From: Candidatus Latescibacterota bacterium
GTDB lineage: Bacteria; Latescibacterota; UBA2968
Assembly: GCA_965204375.1 (NCBI GenBank)
Contig: OZ241986.1
Location: 2,688,001-2,752,000, forward strand
Length of the DNA stretch: 64,000 nt
Direction: 5' to 3'
Under the pieces are notes generated by a model. It was given only the letters and a program-made list of their open reading frames with translations. It was not told the DNA's origin and did not search any database. A program made the position numbers and the translations under genes. The stretch's first letter is position 1. Every line of letters begins with the position of its first letter. Below, piece after piece: positions 1 through 11,512 of the stretch.

Positions 1-419
1 ATCTCGCAGACGATCCCGCACACGCCGAAACTTTGAACCGCTTGCGCGGAGCACTGGACGACTGGCGCGAAAAATACGATGTATGGGGCGATGTGCCCGA
101 AGATCAGATGGTATTTCGCATGTGGCAAGGAACAGAGCAACCGCAGACCGAATTACCGGTTTTTGTACCGATATGCGAAGAAAGCCCCGGGCGAGAGGCC
201 GCGCCCGAAGGTGGAACTTTTAAAGGTCCGATAATCGTACAATTTTACTGCGGCACACAGGGCGCGTCAATGGCGTATCAACTCCCAGGCGATGAACACT
301 GGCGATTGTACACCGAATCCATTCCTCTGCCAAAAGGCGAGACCACCATTCGCGCAAAAGCTATTCGAATAGGATACAAAGAGAGTGAGGAAGTGGAAGC
401 GAATTTTGTCGTAACCTGA
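1..419 (+). CDS. Sulfatase-like protein, C-terminal part with Fn3-associated/chitobiase-like tail (5' truncated by window edge)
   Basis: The frame is open from the window start (LADDPAHAETLNRLRGALDDW, a typical sulfatase C-terminus). The tail CGTQGASMAY...LYTESI...IRAKAIRIGYKES resembles an Fn3-associated domain. Confidence 0.6.
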   Translation, partial: LADDPAHAETLNRLRGALDDWREKYDVWGDVPEDQMVFRMWQGTEQPQTELPVFVPICEESPGREAAPEGGTFKGPIIVQFYCGTQGASMAYQLPGDEHWRLYTESIPLPKGETTIRAKAIRIGYKESEEVEANFVVT

Positions 420-455
420 CCGCGAGGGCTGGTTTTTCTAAACAGGAGGTACATA

Positions 456-1193
456 GTGCGCAGGATGCAAATACTGAATAACAGCATTTCAGCACATGCT
501 TTACTGCTCTTATTAGTAGGTGTGGCGGTGATCTCTACATCGCATGCACAGGACCTCATGGAGCGATTGCGAGAACGTATGGTAAGGACACAAATTGAAA
601 ACCGAGGCATCAAAGACCCCGCTGTCCTGGAAGCGATGCGAAAAGTGGAACGCCACCAGTTTGTGCCCGAGTCTTATGCGTCACGAGCGTACGGCGATCA
701 TCCATTGCCCATCGGCGAAGGACAGACCATTTCTCAACCGTATATTGTCGCACTAATGACCGAAGTGTTGAATTTGAAGGAATCGGATAAAGTGCTGGAA
801 ATCGGAACGGGTTCGGGATATCAGGCGGCGGTCCTGGGCGAATTGTGTGACAGCATCTACACCATAGAAATTGTAGAAGTACTGGGCAAGCGCGCCGCAA
901 ACTTGCTCAACACATTGGGATATGAGAATATCGAAGTGAAAGTTGGCGATGGGTACAAAGGATGGCCAGAACACGCGCCTTTTGATGCGATTATTGTGAC
1001 GTGTTCACCAACACAGGTACCCCAACCCCTTCAAGACCAACTCGCCGAAGGTGGACGCATGGTAATCCCAGTTGGAAAACGCGATGCACAAGAACTCGTG
1101 CTATTGACCAAGCAGGAAGGCAAATTGCAACAGCAACACATTATACCTGTCAGATTCGTGCCAATGGTAGATTCCACTGGCGCGACGTATTAG
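456..1193 (+). CDS. pcm: Protein-L-isoaspartate O-methyltransferase with hydrophobic N-terminal extension
   Basis: Motifs GQTISQPY, VLEIGTGSGYQAA, GDGYKGWPEHAPFDAI and VRFVPM; AGGAGG RBS before the GTG. Confidence 0.95.
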   Translation: MRRMQILNNSISAHALLLLLVGVAVISTSHAQDLMERLRERMVRTQIENRGIKDPAVLEAMRKVERHQFVPESYASRAYGDHPLPIGEGQTISQPYIVALMTEVLNLKESDKVLEIGTGSGYQAAVLGELCDSIYTIEIVEVLGKRAANLLNTLGYENIEVKVGDGYKGWPEHAPFDAIIVTCSPTQVPQPLQDQLAEGGRMVIPVGKRDAQELVLLTKQEGKLQQQHIIPVRFVPMVDSTGATY

Positions 1194-1202
1194 ACTCACC
1201 CC

Positions 1203-2063
1203 TCACCTATCAATCCACTTATACGCAGCTTTTGAATTCTTCCAGAAGAACTTCTCCATCGCTTCTGGTCCCTTGTTCTCAATATAATGGGTGACAATAC
1301 TGAGCACGGTCTCATAGGGTGCTGCGCGTTCGCACACGAGCCAATTGCTACCATAGACCAGGCGATCTTCACCAAAAGCATGCCATAACACATCGAGCGT
1401 AGGCACATAATAAGCCGGATCGTCGGGGGCGGGTTGTTGTGCTGCGCGTTCAACCATACCAGACACCTTGCAATACACATTGGAGTATTTAGCAATAGTC
1501 TGAATACCCTGCACCCATTCGGGATCGGGCGCTTCACCCGTTACCTCAACATGCGCCACATGGTCGATAACAATGCGCAGACTGGGGATTTGCTCGGCAA
1601 TAACAGCATTGATGGGCAACTGTTTGCCATTGGTCATCAAATCGAGTTGCAAATCGCGGTCGGCCAATTTTTGGAGTTGTGGCATAAGAGCGTCTTGATC
1701 TTCCAAACTACCCCGCTGAAGACCCAGACGAATCCCGCGATAGAGCGGATCGGCTGAAAAGCGGTTGAGATTCTTCTCAAAATCTTCGGTCTTGGGATCC
1801 AGGCTACCAACAAAGCCGACAATACAGGGATTATCTGCTGCGAGATCCAGAATCCACTGATTGTCTTCAACGAGCTTGCTGGCTTCAACCACAACCGTAC
1901 CCGTCACCCCCATCTTTTCGGTGCGTTCAACAAAGTGTTGCGGCAAAATGGGGCGATAGAGCAATTCATTGTCTTCGGGCGGCCAGGGAACGCCGCCAGG
2001 TCGCGTCGTGTCATAAAAATGAACATGTGTATCAATGATCATAGACATATCCTTTCCGATCAA
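1203..2063 (-). CDS. Amidohydrolase family protein (sugar lactonase-like)
   Basis: Motifs IIDTHVHF, IVIDH, CKVSG and YGSNW. Confidence 0.85.
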   Translation of the reverse strand: MIGKDMSMIIDTHVHFYDTTRPGGVPWPPEDNELLYRPILPQHFVERTEKMGVTGTVVVEASKLVEDNQWILDLAADNPCIVGFVGSLDPKTEDFEKNLNRFSADPLYRGIRLGLQRGSLEDQDALMPQLQKLADRDLQLDLMTNGKQLPINAVIAEQIPSLRIVIDHVAHVEVTGEAPDPEWVQGIQTIAKYSNVYCKVSGMVERAAQQPAPDDPAYYVPTLDVLWHAFGEDRLVYGSNWLVCERAAPYETVLSIVTHYIENKGPEAMEKFFWKNSKAAYKWIDR

Positions 2064-2065
2064 AA

Positions 2066-2938
2066 TTATTTAATTCCCGACATTTTTCTCAGCACTTCGA
2101 CAATAGCGGAATTATCCTGTTCTGCAAGACCGAGCGCAACGCCCGTGCGCAAAAGTTGGGCGTGAAGCCCGGTTACGGGCAATGGTGTCTCCGTGCGCGC
2201 GCCGAGGTCAAGGATGAGTTCCACATCTTTTAAGTGCTGATCCAATGCAGCCTGAGTGGTAAAATCTCCGGTGATCATTTTTTCGCCTTTAATATCCATC
2301 ACGCGAGAATACGCGCCACCCATCTTAAAAACATCGAGCAAAACATCGATATCCACCCCTGTTTTTTGTGCGAGAACAAGCCCCTCGGCCAATACGAGAC
2401 GGTTGAGACCGAGCACGAGATTGACAATGAGTTTGGCTTCCGCACCTTTGCCCGAAGGTCCCATGTGAAAAGTCTTAAGGGAAAAAGCTTCAAAAATATC
2501 CGTACACAACTCAAAAACGGGTAACGTGCCACCGACCATCACGAGAACATCCGATTCTCGCACCTGCTTGCTGGAGCCGAGAATGGTCGCATCGAGAAAG
2601 CGAATGCTTCTGCTTTCAAGACGTTTGGCAAGCGCAGTTGACATCTGCGGATCGGCTGTGGTCGTATCCACTATAATTGCGCCGGGAGATGCCGCAGACA
2701 AAACGCCCCTCGCGCCTGTAACCACATCGTTGACAACATAAGAGTCGGGAAGCGAAAGAACGATTCGACGCGCTTTATCGGCGACATCGGCTGGCGATTT
2801 GCAGGGCGTAAAACCGTCGCCTTCATGTGCTTTTATTCTTTCGGGATCAATATCATACCCCGCAATTTCTAAACCTTTGTCGCGAAAGCGTTCCACGAGT
2901 GCGGACCCGACGAGTCCAAGTCCGATAAGACCGAGCAT
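2066..2938 (-). CDS. NAD(P)-dependent 3-hydroxyisobutyrate/tartronate semialdehyde dehydrogenase family protein
   Basis: GLIGLGLVG Rossmann motif, FLDA, AKLIVN and KD motifs. Start placed at ATG 2938 behind AGGAGG. Confidence 0.88.
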   Translation of the reverse strand: MLGLIGLGLVGSALVERFRDKGLEIAGYDIDPERIKAHEGDGFTPCKSPADVADKARRIVLSLPDSYVVNDVVTGARGVLSAASPGAIIVDTTTADPQMSTALAKRLESRSIRFLDATILGSSKQVRESDVLVMVGGTLPVFELCTDIFEAFSLKTFHMGPSGKGAEAKLIVNLVLGLNRLVLAEGLVLAQKTGVDIDVLLDVFKMGGAYSRVMDIKGEKMITGDFTTQAALDQHLKDVELILDLGARTETPLPVTGLHAQLLRTGVALGLAEQDNSAIVEVLRKMSGIK

Positions 2939-3142
2939 GGGACCTCCTGTAAAAAAATAATAAAACCGTATTATGCACGGCAGATAATATGTCAAATCTT
3001 AAAACAAACGAGACCAGTGCTTACAAAAATACTGTACAATCAGATTCTTGCCAAATAAGAAAATAGTGTTGAATCCCTGCGGGCATTGTTTATCTTAAGA
3101 CCATAACAATATGCCCAAAAACACTCACAACAGGAGCTATAA

Positions 3143-3892
3143 ATGAGTCTGGAACCCATTCAAACACCGGATATAGAACGCCCACCAAAAGCATTGATCG
3201 ACGCGTTATCACATATTGGCAGCGCTACAGCCAGTGGAGAATTATTCAAGCTGGGTATCCGCAATGCCCAGATTTTGGGTCCCCTTCCCCGAACGCCGGG
3301 CAAATCAATTTGCGGCCCGGCACTAACGCTACAATTTATGCCCAAACGAGAAGACTTGCATTCATCGGGTGAATATCAGGGACCGGAAAGACAATTGCAT
3401 CGCCACGTGTTGTATCACACACAGCCAGGCGATGTGGTCGTAGTCGATGCTCGAGGCGACTTGAGCAGTGGCGTTTTTGGCGAAATGATGCTGACCTATT
3501 TCTGCGGGCAGGGCGGTTGTGGTGCGATTGTCGATGGTTGTATTCGCGATTTTCCCCACGCCAGGGAATTAAACCTCGGCTTATGGCTTAAAGGAACAAC
3601 GCCCAATTTTCACGCGCAAACCAATATTTTCCCCCACGCTGTGAATGTCCCGATAGCGTGTGGTGACACGCTTGTAATGCCTGGCGATATTATTATTGCC
3701 GACGACGACGGCGCCGTAGTAGTACCGATTAAACTCGCGCCTGAATTGGCAGAAAAAGCGACCGAACACGCCGAATGGGAAGTCTTTAGCCGAATGAAAC
3801 TCGCCGAAGGCGGCGACCTGCGGAAATATTATCCACTGACAGATGAAGCGCGGGTTGAATATGAAGCGTGGCAAAAAGAAGAGAGAAGTTAG
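3143..3892 (+). CDS. RraA-like / HMG aldolase family protein
   Basis: Motifs GPALTL, GVFGEMM, DGCIRD and PGDIIIADDDG. Confidence 0.85.
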   Translation: MSLEPIQTPDIERPPKALIDALSHIGSATASGELFKLGIRNAQILGPLPRTPGKSICGPALTLQFMPKREDLHSSGEYQGPERQLHRHVLYHTQPGDVVVVDARGDLSSGVFGEMMLTYFCGQGGCGAIVDGCIRDFPHARELNLGLWLKGTTPNFHAQTNIFPHAVNVPIACGDTLVMPGDIIIADDDGAVVVPIKLAPELAEKATEHAEWEVFSRMKLAEGGDLRKYYPLTDEARVEYEAWQKEERS

Positions 3893-4027
3893 AAGAGTGA
3901 AGTGTGAAGTAGGAAGAGTTGTAGCGGCGACCCGTTGTAAACCGCTCGTGGTCGCCCACTGGCACTGGTACACCGCGGGGACGGCGCGGGGTGGACTTCT
4001 TACTTCTCACTTCTTACTTTTTACTTT
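3892..4027. repeat. Intergenic element: inverted heptamer arrays (GAAGTGT/GAAGTAG ... ACTTCTC/ACTTCTT) enclosing a GTAG-type REP-like palindrome
   Basis: Left arm about 3892-3917, right arm about 3995-4027. Internal GTAGCGGCGACCC...GGTCGCCC at about 3921-3957. Confidence 0.7.
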
Positions 4028-4957
4028 CGCATGTCTGGCCGCGCCTAAAATCCCCGCATCATCTCCCAATTCAGCAGAAACAATCTGCACATGTTCTTTT
4101 ACACCAACAGTACCGCGATCCCAAAAAGTTCGCATTGCCGGATCAAAAATCCAATCACCCGCCTGCGCCAATCCGCCTGTTAGTGCAACGCGATCCACAT
4201 TCAATACATTCACCAGACTCACCAGCCCCACACCGAGGAAAAACCCTGTCTCCTCAAACATCTGCATCGCAAAATCATCACCCGCCTCTGCCGCTTCAAA
4301 AATAACCTGTGTGGTCAAACCCTCGGCTTTCAGAGACGTCTCCGGCTTTTCCCCTTCAAGTCTTTCCAACGTACGGCGCACCATAGCCGTGGCAGATGCA
4401 TACATCTCCAAACATCCAAAATTGCCACACGGACAGCGCGGCCCATTGTGGTCCACTGTAATATGCCCCACCTCGGCCGCATTGCCATTAAACCCGTGCA
4501 TAACCCGTCCCTCGCTAATCCATCCACCGCCAACTCCTGTACCCAGAGTCACGCACAAAAAGTGATCAACACCTCGACCTGCTCCCAGCCATTGCTCGCC
4601 ATAAGCAGCCAAATTTGCATCATTATCCACCACCACGCCCAGACCGAGCAGCGCCTCCAGGCGATCCTTTAACCGCACACCGTGCATACACTGTAAATTC
4701 TCGGGCGATATGATCACACCTTCAAACGGATCTAAAGGACCTGGCGCACCAACCCCGACACCCTGCACTTCATCCAGTGAAATCCCGCCATCCCGCGCAG
4801 CCGCACGCGCACATTCAACAATGCCTTCTACCACACCTTCGGCACCCAGATGCAATCGCGTCGGTCGTCGCGCTCTGCCCACAATCTCACCCGACGCTGT
4901 CACAAGCCCCGCACGCGTATTGGTGCCTCCCAAATCTATACCAATCGTCACACTCAT
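4007..4957 (-). CDS. ROK family sugar kinase (glucokinase-like)
   Basis: Motifs IGIDLGGT, NDAN, TLGTGVGGG and EVGH...CPCGNFGCLE. Confidence 0.92.
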   Translation of the reverse strand: MSVTIGIDLGGTNTRAGLVTASGEIVGRARRPTRLHLGAEGVVEGIVECARAAARDGGISLDEVQGVGVGAPGPLDPFEGVIISPENLQCMHGVRLKDRLEALLGLGVVVDNDANLAAYGEQWLGAGRGVDHFLCVTLGTGVGGGWISEGRVMHGFNGNAAEVGHITVDHNGPRCPCGNFGCLEMYASATAMVRRTLERLEGEKPETSLKAEGLTTQVIFEAAEAGDDFAMQMFEETGFFLGVGLVSLVNVLNVDRVALTGGLAQAGDWIFDPAMRTFWDRGTVGVKEHVQIVSAELGDDAGILGAARHAKVKSKK

Positions 4958-5595
4958 TTTTTCGCTCGCGCCTGTGCCACAGCATCTACAAACGATTTTG
5001 CCGTCGCCGTCAAAGATGCCCAGTCTTTATTATCCACAGCCGTCTTATCGACCATCGCGCTGCCAGCCCCCACAGCCACCGCGCCATTTTTGATAAACTC
5101 GGGCGTTGTTTTGGCATCTACCCCACCCGTGGGCATAAGCTTCACCTGCGGCAAAGGACCCAGAATATCCTTAAAATAAGACGGTCCCCCCACGCCAGCG
5201 GGAAACACCTTGACCACATCGGCCCCTGCTTGCCACGCCGTCAAAATTTCCGTAGGCGTAAACCCTGCGGGCATCACGGCCTTGCCATACCGCTTGCTCA
5301 TCTCGATCACCGCCGTATTCAAAATGGGACTCACCACATATTCTGCGCCGGACAGAATTGCTGCCCGCGCCGTCTCTGGATCGAGCACAGACCCCACCCC
5401 AATAATCGTATCTTCCATCTTTGCCGACGCTTCTTCAATCACCTTCAGCGCCCCCGGCACCGTCATCGTCACCTCAATCGCCACCACACCGCCTTCGCGC
5501 AACGCCTTTGACACATCCATCAACTGAGACGGATTATCTGCACGCAACACAGCGACCACGCCGCAATCAATAATGCGATCTACAGTACTTGACAT
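4954..5595 (-). CDS. eda: KDPG/KHG aldolase
   Basis: Motifs VAVLR, IEVT, TPTEI, VKVFPA and MPTGGV. Confidence 0.92.
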   Translation of the reverse strand: MSSTVDRIIDCGVVAVLRADNPSQLMDVSKALREGGVVAIEVTMTVPGALKVIEEASAKMEDTIIGVGSVLDPETARAAILSGAEYVVSPILNTAVIEMSKRYGKAVMPAGFTPTEILTAWQAGADVVKVFPAGVGGPSYFKDILGPLPQVKLMPTGGVDAKTTPEFIKNGAVAVGAGSAMVDKTAVDNKDWASLTATAKSFVDAVAQARAKK

Positions 5596-5670
5596 TTTTC
5601 CTCCCCAAAATTAAACCTCTCTCCAAAAATAGAGAGAGGCGTTATGTTATTGGCGCATTCATCTCAGACT

Positions 5671-6714
5671 CTACCGTCTAATCCGTGCACTCTCACCCTT
5701 CATTGCACTCTCGGCTTCCTCACGCGTAGCCCAGTTCACATCTCCCGGGAACGTATGTGCAAGCGCCGAATAAGCCCCTGCAAAATCCACGATATCCTGA
5801 GCGGACTTGCCCTCGAGCACCCCGGCAATAATACCCGCTGAAAAATTATCGCCACCACCCACGCGATCCACCATCTCCAAATCTTCATAAATGCGCGAAA
5901 AATAAAACTCACTACCATCGTAAAGCAGCGTACGCCAGTCATTCAGCAATCCGGTCTTCGCAACGCGCAGAGTTGTGCCCACAAGCGTCACATTGGGATA
6001 TTGCGATACGGCTTTGCGCGCGACATCTTTATAGCTTTCGGGATCCAGCGCATCGTAATCGCCCGATGTGCCTTCGGCTTTAAGCCCCATCGTTTTTTCA
6101 AAATCCTCTTCATTGCCGATAAGCACCTGCACGTGCGGAATACACTTTGCAATTGTCTCCTGTGCTTGTTCTGCACTCCACAATTTGGATCTGAAATTGA
6201 GATCAAAACTCGTGGTCACGCCTGCATTGCGGGCTGCTACCAGCGCTTCTACTGTAGCCTCTGCCGCACCTTCGGACAACGCGGGGGTAATCCCACTGAC
6301 GTGAAACCACTTGCTCCCTTCAAAAATAGATGCCCAATCCACCATCCCGGGTTTGATATTCATAATCGCGGTATGGCCTCTGTCATACGTCACCGCACTC
6401 GCACGCGGTCCCACCCCAACTTCCATGTGATAAAATCCATTGCGCTCGAGTCCCACACCATCAAAATCCGTCCACAAAATATTGGACATATCCACCCCGT
6501 GCTCGCGCCCCTTGTTGCGAATAATCCAACCCGTCCAATTATCGACCAGGCGGGACACCCACGCCGCCTTCAATCCCAAATGCGCGCAACCGACCGCGAC
6601 ATTGTATTCCCCCCCACCGATCTCGACATCGAGTTTACTCGCATTCTCCAATCGGCGGTATTCTGGCGAAGACAACCGAATCATCGCCTCGCCAAAAGTC
6701 ACGACATCGTACAT
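5671..6714 (-). CDS. kdgK: 2-dehydro-3-deoxygluconokinase (PfkB family)
   Basis: Motifs VVTFGEAMIRL, GGEYNVA, FDLNFRSKLW and DRVGGGD; adjacent to eda. Start placed at ATG 6714 behind GGAGG. Confidence 0.85.
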   Translation of the reverse strand: MYDVVTFGEAMIRLSSPEYRRLENASKLDVEIGGGEYNVAVGCAHLGLKAAWVSRLVDNWTGWIIRNKGREHGVDMSNILWTDFDGVGLERNGFYHMEVGVGPRASAVTYDRGHTAIMNIKPGMVDWASIFEGSKWFHVSGITPALSEGAAEATVEALVAARNAGVTTSFDLNFRSKLWSAEQAQETIAKCIPHVQVLIGNEEDFEKTMGLKAEGTSGDYDALDPESYKDVARKAVSQYPNVTLVGTTLRVAKTGLLNDWRTLLYDGSEFYFSRIYEDLEMVDRVGGGDNFSAGIIAGVLEGKSAQDIVDFAGAYSALAHTFPGDVNWATREEAESAMKGESARIRR

Positions 6715-6730
6715 ATAGTCCTCCAAAAAA

Positions 6731-6828
6731 AGAAGTAAGAAGTGAGAAATGAGAAGTGAGAAGTCCCCCAACACCACCCCAGAGCGGGTGCTTCTTCACC
6801 CTTCACACTTCCTACTTCACACTTCATT
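6731..6828. repeat. Intergenic inverted heptamer-array element (same family as 3892 and 10179)
   Basis: About five AGAAGTG-like units at 6731-6764; CTTCACA/CTTCCTA units at 6791-6828. Confidence 0.75.
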
Positions 6829-7518
6829 CTATTCATCCGATCCGCCCAAAAAACCCGCCATCCACAGCAGGCGCAACAACTCCAAAATCGCCACCAGTGC
6901 TGATGCGACATAAGTCAGCGCGGCGGCATTCAAAACCTTGCGCGAAGCGGGGATCTCCTCAGACGTCAAATATCCGCCATCTGCCAGAATCTGAATAGCC
7001 CGACTGCTCGCATTAAATTCAACTGGCAAGGTGACAATACTAAAAACCACAGCCGCAGAAAAGAACACAATACCCAAAAACAGCAGTTCAAATATGCTGA
7101 AAAGTGCCCCGGCAATAATGAAAATCCACGCCGCCTTCGATCCCAAATTAGCCACCGGAACCAGACTCGTCCGAAGAGACAGGGGCACATATCCCTGTGC
7201 GTGTTGAAACGCATGCCCGGCTTCGTGAGCAGCCACGCCAATCGCGGCTAAGGAGCGATTCCCATACACACTTTCCGACAGGCGCAACATGCGATCTCTC
7301 GGATCGTAGTGATCTGTCAAATGCCCCTGCACAGGCTCCACGCCCACGGGTAAACCGCCGCGACGCAAAATATCTCGCGCGACCTGATCGGCAGTCGCAC
7401 CGCTTCGCGCAACAAATTCATCGTACTTGCGAAACGTGCGCTTCACCTTAAATTGAGCCCACAGCGTAATGGCTATTCCTATAAACATCACCATCAAACC
7501 TACCAGCATGACCTTCAC
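6829..7518 (-). CDS. Neutral zinc metallopeptidase, membrane (YugP family)
   Basis: Motifs LTDHYDP, AAHEAGHA, TLPVEFNASSRA and AAALTYVA. Confidence 0.92.
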   Translation of the reverse strand: MKVMLVGLMVMFIGIAITLWAQFKVKRTFRKYDEFVARSGATADQVARDILRRGGLPVGVEPVQGHLTDHYDPRDRMLRLSESVYGNRSLAAIGVAAHEAGHAFQHAQGYVPLSLRTSLVPVANLGSKAAWIFIIAGALFSIFELLFLGIVFFSAAVVFSIVTLPVEFNASSRAIQILADGGYLTSEEIPASRKVLNAAALTYVASALVAILELLRLLWMAGFLGGSDE

Positions 7519-7527
7519 CTCCTGAAA

Positions 7528-7558
7528 CAGTTGTCAGTTATCAGTTATCGGTTGTCAG
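7528..7558. repeat. Short heptamer tandem repeat (CAGTTRT-like)
   Basis: cagttgt cagttat cagttat cggttgt cag between fmt and the peptidase gene. Confidence 0.6.
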
Positions 7559-7574
7559 CCTTCGCGTCTCACCA

Positions 7575-8510
7575 TTAACCAAATTTTTCGCCAACCTCAA
7601 TGCGATATCCCCGCACAAAATCAGCACCGGACATGCGTTTTTTACCTGCCGGTTGCACCTCGTCCAGCACGAGAACCCCTTCGCCCGTCCCCACAATCAG
7701 TCCGCGTTTCCCATCTACACCAATAACGGTACCCGCTTCTCCCTGCCCCGTGTCAACTGTTGCCCTGTGAACCTTCAACAGTTTATCGCGCCAGAGTGTA
7801 AACGCCCCCGGAAAAGGATTGGTTCCCCGAATGAGATTGCGAATATCCCCAGTGCCTTTCGACCAATCAATCTCCCCATCTTCCTTCTCTAATTTTGGAG
7901 CGCGACTCACCCCTTCGTCCGTCTGCGGCACGGGCATAACAGAACCATCTGACATGCCATCAATAGCCCGAATGAGCAACTCAGCGCCCTGCACCTTCAA
8001 CCGCTCATACAGTTCACCCGCCGTCTCATCGTCCCCAATCGCCACCTTTTGCTGAATTAAAACATCGCCGGCATCCACGCGCGGCGACAATTGAAAAATG
8101 GTCACACCCGTCTCGGTCTCACCATTGATAATAGCCCATTGAATAGGCGCTGCCCCGCGGTATTTGGGCAACAGAGATGGGTGGACATTCACAGAACCCA
8201 ATTTTGGAATCGCCAGCACAGAACGCGGCAAAATCAGAAAAGCCACCACCGCAAATAAATCCGGTTCCAGAGCCTGCAACTGCGCGTGAAAATTCTCATC
8301 TCTGAGCGATTCGGGCTGCAAAACCGGCACATCCAATCCCAGCGACGCAACCGCAGCCTTCACATCGGTTGGTTGCATCTGCTGACCCCGACCGCGTGGC
8401 CTATCTGGCCGCGTCACCACGCCCACAAGATCATGACTGCTTTGAGCCACGCCCTCGAGCGACGGCACTGCAAAATCGGGCGTGCCCATAAACACCACCC
8501 TCATCGCCAA
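7575..8510 (-). CDS. fmt: Methionyl-tRNA formyltransferase
   Basis: Motifs VFMGTPDFAVPSL, NVHPSLLPKYRGAAPIQWA and DAGD. Confidence 0.97.
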   Translation of the reverse strand: MAMRVVFMGTPDFAVPSLEGVAQSSHDLVGVVTRPDRPRGRGQQMQPTDVKAAVASLGLDVPVLQPESLRDENFHAQLQALEPDLFAVVAFLILPRSVLAIPKLGSVNVHPSLLPKYRGAAPIQWAIINGETETGVTIFQLSPRVDAGDVLIQQKVAIGDDETAGELYERLKVQGAELLIRAIDGMSDGSVMPVPQTDEGVSRAPKLEKEDGEIDWSKGTGDIRNLIRGTNPFPGAFTLWRDKLLKVHRATVDTGQGEAGTVIGVDGKRGLIVGTGEGVLVLDEVQPAGKKRMSGADFVRGYRIEVGEKFG

Positions 8511-8525
8511 TCTTCACCTCTCTGA

Positions 8526-10146
<1,621 letters not shown>

Positions 10147-10148
10147 TC

Positions 10149-10177
10149 AATATAACATCCCATCCCTCATGCGTCAA
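10149..10177 (-). promoter_or_regulatory. Sigma70-like promoter for tgt-yajC-fmt
   Basis: TTGACG-17 nt-TATATT on the minus strand. Confidence 0.6.
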
Positions 10178-10178
10178 G

Positions 10179-10280
10179 GAAGTGTGAAGTAAGAAGTGTG
10201 AAGTAGGAAGTAGAATGAAGCACCATTCTTTGGGGGCGAGGCGGGGTTTTCTTCCTTCTCACTTCTCACTTCTCACTTCT
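10179..10280. repeat. Intergenic inverted heptamer-array element
   Basis: GAAGTGT/GAAGTAA/GAAGTAG units at 10179-10220; three or more CTTCTCA units at 10255-10280. Confidence 0.75.
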
Positions 10281-11503
10281 TTTACTGCCTCTTCAGCCAG
10301 CACAAATACAAACCCCTGTTCTGCCAACTCGGGTAACATGCGTTGCAATGCATGTAGTGTATTGGATTTTGCGTGCCCAATACCGATCACCGTACCTTCA
10401 TGCCGTGCGCGTGCAGCGAGCCTGTGCAATCGCTTGATCACCGCGTCTTCATCTTCGACAATATCCAAAAACATCGCATTGCGACCACTTGGAATACCCA
10501 TATCCCGTGCAATTGCATAAGCCACCGATTCGGATGACGTGACACTATCTAAAAAAAAGAAATTCCACTTTTCCACAACGCCTAACACCGCTTTCATCGC
10601 TGCAAAATTTTGTGTTAATCGAGACCCCATGTGATTGTTCATCCCCTTTGCATGGGGCACGGATGCGAGAGCATTCTGAGTCAACTCCGCGATCTTTTCA
10701 GGCGCGTAATCCAAAAAAATTGCATTGGGACCTGGATCGTGTGATGGATAGCCTATCGGCTCCATAGGCAAATGAACCATCACGCCGTGATTTTTCTCAA
10801 TCGCCTGTTGCGCTATCCAAGCCGTATGCTTCTCCCCGGGAAAAATCGAAAACGTAATCGGCTGTGGCAACTCGCAAAAAGACAGAATCAAATCCTGCTC
10901 CTGATACCCAAAATCATCGATCACAATGGCAATGCGACCCGCGAGGCGTTCGAGTTCTTTAATTTTCTCAAACCTGAATAAATTGGTCTGCTTATCATTC
11001 AAACCCACGCGAAGCCACAACTCATTGCCCTGTCGGTCTTCGCTACCTTCAATGACTGCCCCACCCAATTCATGCGCCAGATGGGTCAAAGACAGATTGC
11101 AAAGAGCCAGTGGCAAAGCATCGGGCACTTTCGACTGCACTTCCCAACGCAAATGGGGATCCTCGTCTTTGGACAAACGCACCTCTTTAATCACTTCAGG
11201 AGGAACCCCCAGACCGATCAACACATTTTTTGCCCGCACGACCATCGTATCGGCAAATGCGACAATATCTTCTGGACCGGCTTTCCATCTGGGCGTCTCT
11301 TCTACGGGAAGTGCATATTCGACCGACTGTGGTCGCAAAAAATACGACCGCAGCCGCCAAAAATATGATCGCGGCAGCCAAAAATAGGCAGCCACTCCAC
11401 CGGCGAGCAAAATTATCACAACACAGGGCACAACCCATAACCGAAGAGAGCGCCGCTTGCGAGCCATTTCTAATGGTCTTTTTTCCGACAAACGTTTCGC
11501 CAT
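10259..11503 (-). CDS. Divergent polysaccharide deacetylase family protein (YibQ-like), membrane anchored
   Basis: Motifs IAIVIDDFG, HLPMEP, NNHMGS, FLDS and IGIGH; N-terminal transmembrane segment. Confidence 0.92.
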   Translation of the reverse strand: MAKRLSEKRPLEMARKRRSLRLWVVPCVVIILLAGGVAAYFWLPRSYFWRLRSYFLRPQSVEYALPVEETPRWKAGPEDIVAFADTMVVRAKNVLIGLGVPPEVIKEVRLSKDEDPHLRWEVQSKVPDALPLALCNLSLTHLAHELGGAVIEGSEDRQGNELWLRVGLNDKQTNLFRFEKIKELERLAGRIAIVIDDFGYQEQDLILSFCELPQPITFSIFPGEKHTAWIAQQAIEKNHGVMVHLPMEPIGYPSHDPGPNAIFLDYAPEKIAELTQNALASVPHAKGMNNHMGSRLTQNFAAMKAVLGVVEKWNFFFLDSVTSSESVAYAIARDMGIPSGRNAMFLDIVEDEDAVIKRLHRLAARARHEGTVIGIGHAKSNTLHALQRMLPELAEQGFVFVLAEEAVKEVRSEK

Positions 11504-11512
11504 TTTACAGAC

